From Candidatus Avidehalobacter gallistercoris (GTDB lineage Bacteria > Bacillota > Dehalobacteriia > UBA4068 > UBA4997), in the NCBI GenBank assembly GCA_018715045.1, contig DVMH01000009.1, forward strand, positions 20 through 64,019: DNA of 64,000 nt, written 5' to 3'. The translations under genes and the position numbers were made by a program. The notes under the pieces were generated by a model. It had not been told where the DNA came from. It worked only from the letters and a program-made list of their open reading frames with translations, and searched no databases. This document shows, in pieces, positions 58,754 through 64,000 of the stretch. The number at the start of each line of letters is the position of its first letter. Position 1 is the first letter of the stretch.

Positions 58754-59431
58754 TCAAGCGACTGGCGAGTTAAGGCAATAGAACAGCACCAGAAAATAAT
58801 GCGCCACGCTGCCACCCAGCACAAAGAAATGCCAGATCAGATGCATAAAGCGCTTGTCCTCTCGGCGGTAGAAATACACGCCGACAGTGTAGAGCACACC
58901 GCCCAAGAGGGCAAGCGCAAAGCCTGCGGCCGGCAGCACACTCAACAACGGCCACACTGCGGGCAGCACCGACCAACCCATAAGCAGATACATCAACAGG
59001 GAAAACTTATGAAACTTTTTAACGCTGACGGCGTTCAGCACGATACCAACCACTGCCGCCGCCACGTTTAAGCCGAACAACGTCCAGCCCAGCGCTCCGC
59101 GGATCAGACCCAGTGTTACCGGGATATACGTACCCAAAATCAAAATGAAGATAGAGCAATGGTCGAACACCTGAAGCACCCGCTTGGCAGAGCGATTAGT
59201 TATGGCGTGATACAAAGTTGAAAACAAATAAAGCATAACCAGGCTTGCCCCGTAAAGCGAGGCACAGACTACGCTCATCGCGTCGCCATGGATAGCTGCC
59301 CATACCACCAGTACCGGCAAACCAGCAATGGCCAGCACGGTTCCCAGACCGTGCGATATAGCGTTATACAGCTCCTCTTTTGGACTTTGACGATTAAAAT
59401 TCGCCACGTCAATATCCATACTCACGTCCAT
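58754..59431 (-). CDS. hemolysin III / PAQR family membrane protein
   Basis: ATG 59431 (GGAAGGAG upstream). 7 TM segments; ..NAISHG.., ..STLYHA.., ..DHCSIF.., ..HLIWHFFVL.. are the conserved His-containing motifs. Confidence 0.85.
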   Translation of the reverse strand: MDVSMDIDVANFNRQSPKEELYNAISHGLGTVLAIAGLPVLVVWAAIHGDAMSVVCASLYGASLVMLYLFSTLYHAITNRSAKRVLQVFDHCSIFILILGTYIPVTLGLIRGALGWTLFGLNVAAAVVGIVLNAVSVKKFHKFSLLMYLLMGWSVLPAVWPLLSVLPAAGFALALLGGVLYTVGVYFYRREDKRFMHLIWHFFVLGGSVAHYFLVLFYCLNSPVA

Positions 59432-59701
59432 TATACACTCTCCTTCCGGCAAGATCTATCAAGGGATAATCTTGTATTAAAAACCATATCATATGTTTAT
59501 TATATATAGATAATAGCATAAAACATCACGGTTGTATAGCCCCTGCATGAAAAAAAATTTACCAAAGCCCATATTCCCGCCACTTCCCGAAATTGGCTGG
59601 CTAGCGACAGCAATTTGGCGCAAAATAAGCCTGTCTGCAAAAGACAGCCTGAATTTTGCCAGTTTAATGTATTTTAAACCGATAATAGGGAGGTATGCGT
59701 T

Positions 59702-59830
59702 ATGTATGATGATACAATGAATAACCCGGCGATTTTGACGGCGAACGACATGGCAACATTAGAACGCCTGCAAAACGAATTTTGCGCCGAGTGCGGCAAA
59801 AATATGATACTGGTGGCCTATAAGGACTAA
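59702..59830 (+). CDS. candidate small protein (42 aa), unknown function
   Basis: Below the ORF-track size cut-off. GGGAGG (59688-59693) lies 8 nt before ATG 59702. MYDDTMNNPAILTANDMATLERLQNEFCAECGKNMILVAYKD. A strong nested hairpin follows. Confidence 0.35.
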   Translation: MYDDTMNNPAILTANDMATLERLQNEFCAECGKNMILVAYKD

Positions 59831-59847
59831 CGCTTCAGGTCAAAAAT

Positions 59848-59902
59848 AAAGCCCCCTGCCAAGGGAGGTACTTCGCCAAGAAGTTACCTCCCCTGAGGGC
59901 TT
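59848..59902 (+). terminator. nested strong hairpin after the small ORF, at the core/AT-rich boundary
   Basis: Outer stem AAAGCCC/GGGCTTT enclosing GGGAGGTACTTC/GAAGTTACCTCCC. Only a short T-run follows. Confidence 0.45.
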
Positions 59903-59947
59903 TATAATCAGCAGAAATGATTAATATCGGGGTAATCAACCGTGCAG

Positions 59948-60450
59948 TTAAACCATCCGGCAACATCTGCGGCCAAGGCCTGCCCACTTAAGCCAAATCA
60001 AAACAGCACCAGCAGCACGCACCGTATGTAATCTATACTCAAAACCGCCGCCTTTTTTTACAATCAACAAACTGCTGTTACCATCATTAGTTGAAAAAGC
60101 ATAATCCGCAGTCTCAACTGTCAGATAATAAAAAGAGTTATTATAAGAACACTCTCTGCAAAAATATATTACGGCCTCTCCTGGAAAATACCAGCAGCAG
60201 CTTGCTATACATTTGATCACAGTGCTCTTGATAATGTTGTTCCATAATCGATAGTTTCGTCTACAGAAACGTTAATACAGGCATTATCTGCATGAATATT
60301 TTATATTCCATAGAAGCACTTATATGAACAAAATTAAGTTTATAATCACTACCATTATTAGTATAATCACCTGTAATTGCAAAATGCACAGATCAGGAAT
60401 TTACCAAACCGGCATCACTTTTGAAAAGGCTGTACCCGGTTGCATTTTTT
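59948..60450 (-). pseudogene. decayed gene: coding-like fragments in several frames broken by stops
   Basis: From ATG 60450 the minus strand reads MAKNATGYSLFKSDAGLVNS-stop-SVHFAITGDYTNNGSDYKLNFVHISAS.. Other frames give NIHADNACINVSVDETIDYGTTLSRAL and the 90-aa track ORF 59948..60220. No SD sequences. Confidence 0.3.
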
Positions 60451-60460
60451 GCCATTCTAC

Positions 60461-60550
60461 TTAATTTTTTGCTATGCATCAAAAACACCCCGCCAAATTG
60501 CTCCGGCGGGGTGTTTTCGATTATCTGGCTTTCTTTACAGCGATATGTTA
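60461..60550. repeat. copy 1 of a ~90-nt diverged direct repeat (gene 3' remnant plus terminator)
   Basis: Aligns by eye at roughly three quarters identity with 63321-63407, for example tttttgctatgcatcaaaaacaccccgccaaattgctccggcggggtgtttt against tttttgttatacataaaaaacaccccgccgaattactccgacagggtgtttt. Confidence 0.45.
60484..60518. terminator. bidirectional rho-independent terminator
   Basis: AACACCCCGCC / GGCGGGGTGTT, with an A-run before and a T-run after. Confidence 0.6.
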
Positions 60551-60659
60551 GCAGTTCAGTCTCACGTCGAGTATACTTCTCATTCCAACGCCATTAATAA
60601 AATACAATATGCCGTCTGCTGCCTTAACAAATAGCATAACATATAACCCATGGTATTAG

Positions 60660-61628
60660 CTATTCTGACAACGCCTCCAGCATGGTTTGCTCCCCGCCGT
60701 CCAGCGGCAGCAGATATCTGCCATAAGTCTGCCGCATTAGTTCTTCATCTGCTACAACCTCATCAGATAACGCCGCTTCGGATATACCGTTAATCAGCAC
60801 ACCCTCATCTGTAACTTGCCAGTCTTTGGACTGATTGCCATTATTGGACAACCCAAACATTGAACCTGCTTTTTTAATCGTTATATGATATACATATTCC
60901 GGATTGCCAAGCTGCTTTTTAGTGCCGTCTGTTAAATCAACAGCATACACACGGAATTTATCACCAAAGCCCATTTGCTTGGCCAGATAATAGCATACGC
61001 CATCCCTTATTTGCCAGTCCGCAATATTCCATTCGGAGATCAGGCGGCGATATTCCCCATTGGCATAAAGCGCCCAAAGATAATCGCATCCCATGGTAGG
61101 CTCACCTTGCCGCAGAACCGTGCAACAAACATCTTTTCCATCAGCTTGTTCAAGCAGCTCGATTGCCGTGCCGTCAGAGTATTGCCATTGCCCATTAGTA
61201 TAAACAACAGGGAAACTTACCTCTATCTGTTTATCGCCACTATACCAATATGCCTTAACTTCGCATAACTCAGTCATAACATAGAGCGGCAGATAAAGCT
61301 GATTGTTATATATCAGCGGTGTTCTTCCCCCAGACATTTCCTGCCCGTTTATATACCATACGCCATTTTTAAGACTAAAAACCGTGCTGTCCAGTCCTGT
61401 GTTTACATTAGCTTGCTTATTGACATTATCCCAGTTTATTTCAACAAAGCATAGCCCAATAATATCACGCAGCGGTAAATATGCCGTATCATTCTTAATA
61501 AAAGCTGTCAATTTGCCAGTTTCTCCATTAAAACTGATGGGATAACTTTCTGTTGATGCAGCAAGGGTAATCTGCGGCATAAACCAAACCGCCCAACATA
61601 ATAAAATGAGAGTTAATGTTTTTTTCAA
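60660..61628 (-). CDS. secreted protein with a copper-amine-oxidase N-terminal-like (stalk) domain, unknown function
   Basis: TTG 61628 preferred (GAGGTG 6 nt upstream), giving MKKTLTLILLCWAVWFMPQITLAAS as the signal peptide. ..TAYLPLRDI..NQLYLPLYVM.. resembles Cu_amine_oxidN1-type repeats. Confidence 0.65.
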   Translation of the reverse strand: MKKTLTLILLCWAVWFMPQITLAASTESYPISFNGETGKLTAFIKNDTAYLPLRDIIGLCFVEINWDNVNKQANVNTGLDSTVFSLKNGVWYINGQEMSGGRTPLIYNNQLYLPLYVMTELCEVKAYWYSGDKQIEVSFPVVYTNGQWQYSDGTAIELLEQADGKDVCCTVLRQGEPTMGCDYLWALYANGEYRRLISEWNIADWQIRDGVCYYLAKQMGFGDKFRVYAVDLTDGTKKQLGNPEYVYHITIKKAGSMFGLSNNGNQSKDWQVTDEGVLINGISEAALSDEVVADEELMRQTYGRYLLPLDGGEQTMLEALSE

Positions 61629-61665
61629 AAAAATCACCTCTTTCTTCTTTATAAGGGTTTAGAGT

Positions 61666-62562
61666 TTAGTTCTTAATAGTCATTGTAATTGTGCCATTGC
61701 CCTTATTGCTAAATGTATACAGCCCATCAGAGTCGTCCGTTTTAAAATTAGAGCTAGGCTGGATAATGCCATTAATAGTAATATCCTTAAAAACACCAAT
61801 ATTATATCCCGTGGAATTAGCCGAACCGCCAATACTAGTTACCCATTTATGTGTATTGACCTTGGTTAAATTAAAGACCGTGTTTGACTCCATCACACTT
61901 GTTAAAGATGTAGAACCACCCTGACCATCTTGAGTTTTATGTTTTGCAAGACCATATGCTTTTAATACAACAGTACCAACTGTTCCATAACCACTATTAT
62001 CAATATTTGTGCTTGCATTGTAGGGAATGCAAACAATACTAACAGTTGTTTCAGGTAGATAACCATTCTGCCATGTTGCTTCATCACGATTAGCTAAAAA
62101 ATAACCACTACCACTAATAGTCATAAAACATTTCCATACGTCATATTGAGTACTATACTGCAACCCTAAATCAGCCTCAACACTACTAGAAAATCCCCCG
62201 TAAAGAAATAAATTGGAGCCAGAAGATACAGATATTTTACTACTGTCAGGAAGTGTAATAGAACAAGATGAATAGTTTCTGTTTGTATTATTAATATACA
62301 TTTTTGCATAATAGCCATGACTTGAATAGGGCACAGGGATTTCATTCAAAAGTTTTTGTGCATACATTTTTTGCATTTCATTCTTATCATCTTCTGAAAG
62401 AAGAATAACATCCATTTTAGCCTGTATAGGAGAATCGGCCGTCTGCTCATAAAAGAATATCTTAATCGCATTTATAATATCTTCTGGCATAACTTTACCA
62501 AACTCGTCTGTGTTAGAAGCCAACGCAGGCACAGACAATCCGAAGCACATAACCATTGCCAA
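61666..62562 (-). CDS. probable secreted protein, unknown function; N-terminus irregular
   Basis: 298-aa ORF, S/T/N/G-rich and beta-like. Hydrophobic start (L)AMVMCFGLSVPALA|SN, but only a TTG start without SD and with an in-frame TAG five codons upstream. Confidence 0.55.
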   Translation of the reverse strand: MAMVMCFGLSVPALASNTDEFGKVMPEDIINAIKIFFYEQTADSPIQAKMDVILLSEDDKNEMQKMYAQKLLNEIPVPYSSHGYYAKMYINNTNRNYSSCSITLPDSSKISVSSGSNLFLYGGFSSSVEADLGLQYSTQYDVWKCFMTISGSGYFLANRDEATWQNGYLPETTVSIVCIPYNASTNIDNSGYGTVGTVVLKAYGLAKHKTQDGQGGSTSLTSVMESNTVFNLTKVNTHKWVTSIGGSANSTGYNIGVFKDITINGIIQPSSNFKTDDSDGLYTFSNKGNGTITMTIKN

Positions 62563-62645
62563 AATAAAAAGTTGCTAACCTTACAAATGAATCTTTTGTA
62601 GACAAAAGCAACTTTTTATGAATACTATAAATATGTATTAAAGGG

Positions 62646-62680
62646 AATAGTGCAGCCGAAATTCAGAAAGCCGCACTATT
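62646..62680 (-). terminator. terminator after the 130-aa membrane protein gene
   Basis: AATAGTGCAGC / GCCGCACTATT (10 of 11 bp), located 13 nt past the stop at 62693. Confidence 0.5.
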
Positions 62681-62692
62681 CTTTGCTATATT

Positions 62693-63085
62693 TTATGAAA
62701 ATTTAATCCATAAGAAAAATCTTACTATATACTGCCAAATCAATAGCCCTACCCATACTACTACAAGATATTGCCACGAACTTAACATATAGAAAAACCA
62801 TTTCCAATGTTCTAAAACAACATCAAGAATAAAACTTATTATTACAGAAACAGCCAAATTAAACAGATTACATTTAAATAATTGTTTGTTGGTAGTATTA
62901 AAGTAGCTTTTGTAGATGAAATAAGCTATTATTGCAGCAAATATCATAAGATAAGCTGTTGATAAATAATTTAATACATGAAAATTTATACCTTTGCTAA
63001 AATACTGTCCAAAAATAAAAATTGGCATTGTGTATATTAGATTGGCCGGTAAAAGTAAGTACCATGCCTTTTGGGGAATAAGCAT
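62693..63085 (-). CDS. small integral membrane protein (about 4 TM), unknown function
   Basis: ATG 63085 with AGGTGGTGA 7 nt upstream. 130 aa, very hydrophobic, W/F/Y-rich. Confidence 0.65.
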   Translation of the reverse strand: MLIPQKAWYLLLPANLIYTMPIFIFGQYFSKGINFHVLNYLSTAYLMIFAAIIAYFIYKSYFNTTNKQLFKCNLFNLAVSVIISFILDVVLEHWKWFFYMLSSWQYLVVVWVGLLIWQYIVRFFLWIKFS

Positions 63086-63117
63086 TAGATAATCACCACC
63101 TAAAAGGGAATTGTTGA

Positions 63118-63285
63118 TTATATTGTAGCTTTTTTAGGAGAAAATGTCGATATGTGATTACAATAACTTTTTGTATTATTCTCCGAAATCCAATGGTTCA
63201 CTTGCCAAGCCGGAGACGCCAACGCAAAACACAGTAATATTGCCATTGCCAAAATAAAACTTAAAATAGATTTCTGTTTAATTAT
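63118..63285 (-). pseudogene. short signal-peptide ORF lacking a canonical start (remnant or small secreted peptide)
   Basis: AAGAGGA, then 7 nt, then ATA-ATT-AAA..: (I)IKQKSILSFILAMAILLCFALASPAWQVNHWISENNTKSYCNHISTFSPKKATI-stop. Its signal-peptide DNA (63242-63259) repeats 62553-62569. Confidence 0.3.
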
Positions 63286-63320
63286 TACAATATCCTCTTA
63301 ATAACATATTTTCAATATTT

Positions 63321-63407
63321 TTATTCTTTTTGTTATACATAAAAAACACCCCGCCGAATTACTCCGACAGGGTGTTTTTATTTAACAGATTTTCTTACGA
63401 TACTGTA
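63321..63407. repeat. copy 2 of the diverged direct repeat (degenerate terminator 63345-63376)
   Basis: See copy 1. The stem AACACCCCGCCG / CGACAGGGTGTT carries mismatches. Confidence 0.45.
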
Positions 63408-63591
63408 TTTTCAATCAGCTCTCCGTCAAATGCATAAAACCAGCTTTGCTGTTTTACCCAAGCTTCATAGCTCATCAAATACCACTTAGCCGCCGCTTCT
63501 CCTTTCCCTATTCCGTACCTTTGGCGGCTCGCCCTAACAAAATCTGCCCCTGCAAAAAACACAGGAGCGGATTTTATATACTTACCTGTTC

Positions 63592-63870
63592 TTACTGATT
63601 ATAATTTGTTGTCTTGTCGCTGGTTTCGTTCTCTTCGATAATCAAACTACCGTCTTTGGCATAATATTTAACATTTGTAACAGTTTTAGTTTCAATATGC
63701 CCCAATTCCTCAAAATTCTGGGTACCAATGGTTCTTTTTATCTCATTATCCAACAAAACAGATTCACGATAATTCATTATCTTGATTGTGGAAAAGGCCG
63801 TTGCAAGAATAATTAAAAATACCATAATTATGGCCAGTATTACTTTTCGATCAATGTTAAATTTATTCAT
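63592..63870 (-). CDS. N-terminally membrane-anchored small protein, unknown function
   Basis: ATG 63870 (AGGTG 9 nt upstream). MNKFNIDRKVILAIIMVFLIILATAFSTI.. followed by a polar ~60-aa tail. Confidence 0.55.
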   Translation of the reverse strand: MNKFNIDRKVILAIIMVFLIILATAFSTIKIMNYRESVLLDNEIKRTIGTQNFEELGHIETKTVTNVKYYAKDGSLIIEENETSDKTTNYNQ

Positions 63871-63890
63871 CTGAAATAACACCTACTTTT

Positions 63891-64000
63891 TTAATTACCA
63901 TTTTTATTGCAGGTAAGCTCTACCGTTCCTTTCCAAGTTCCATCAGAATCACCCAAATTATAGTTTACCCAGATAGATGCAGTGCCCAAGATGTTAACAC
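63891..64000 (-). CDS. 3' end of an unknown gene that continues beyond the window end
   Basis: Open minus-strand frame ..VNILGTASIWVNYNLGDSDGTWKGTVELTCNKNGN-stop (TAA at 63893-63891). Directly upstream of the 63870 gene in the same orientation. Confidence 0.45.
   Translation of the reverse strand, partial: VNILGTASIWVNYNLGDSDGTWKGTVELTCNKNGN

Noticed and set aside
60440-60634. 64-aa plus-strand ORF in the AT-rich islet
   Set aside because: It runs straight through a bidirectional terminator hairpin and has no SD; a chance ORF in AT-rich DNA.

Overview
This 64-kb window looks like chromosome from an endospore-forming Firmicute of Clostridia type. The evidence is gpr, an alpha/beta SASP, ylbJ and a SpoVID-like coat protein. 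Most of it is ordinary, densely packed core genome. The core genes include putP, rny, aroK, mtnP, ftsY, smc, rnc, acpP, plsX, rpmF and ackA, then rsmD, ctpA, an M23 peptidase, ftsEX and tspO. They continue with a complete 10-gene his operon (hisZGDCBHAF-IE-J), a split metH set, thrS, a chrA pair and cls. Two regions are clearly accessory. (1) About 8.6 kb (roughly 2.7-11.3 kb) sits between the convergent putP and rny genes. It starts with a large serine recombinase plus RepA_N and Cys-rich-VLP genes and carries an AraC-paired cargo operon (cytidylate-kinase-like, MATE, RibD_C-like, Fe-S flavodoxin-like). (2) A visibly AT-rich tail runs from about 59.9 kb to the window end. It holds secreted and membrane proteins of unknown function, decayed gene fragments and diverged duplicated 3'-end/terminator cassettes. 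I found no CRISPR array, tRNA, rRNA, reverse transcriptase or recognisable defence, toxin or secretion gene set. I cannot honestly name a clear novel multi-gene system. The best candidates for follow-up are the mobile-element cargo operon and the AT-rich islet. After those come several long or oddly structured leaders (upstream of the mutase-like gene, rny and tspO) and a GC-rich hairpin cluster at the island edge. All coordinates come from reading the sequence by eye; no searches were run.
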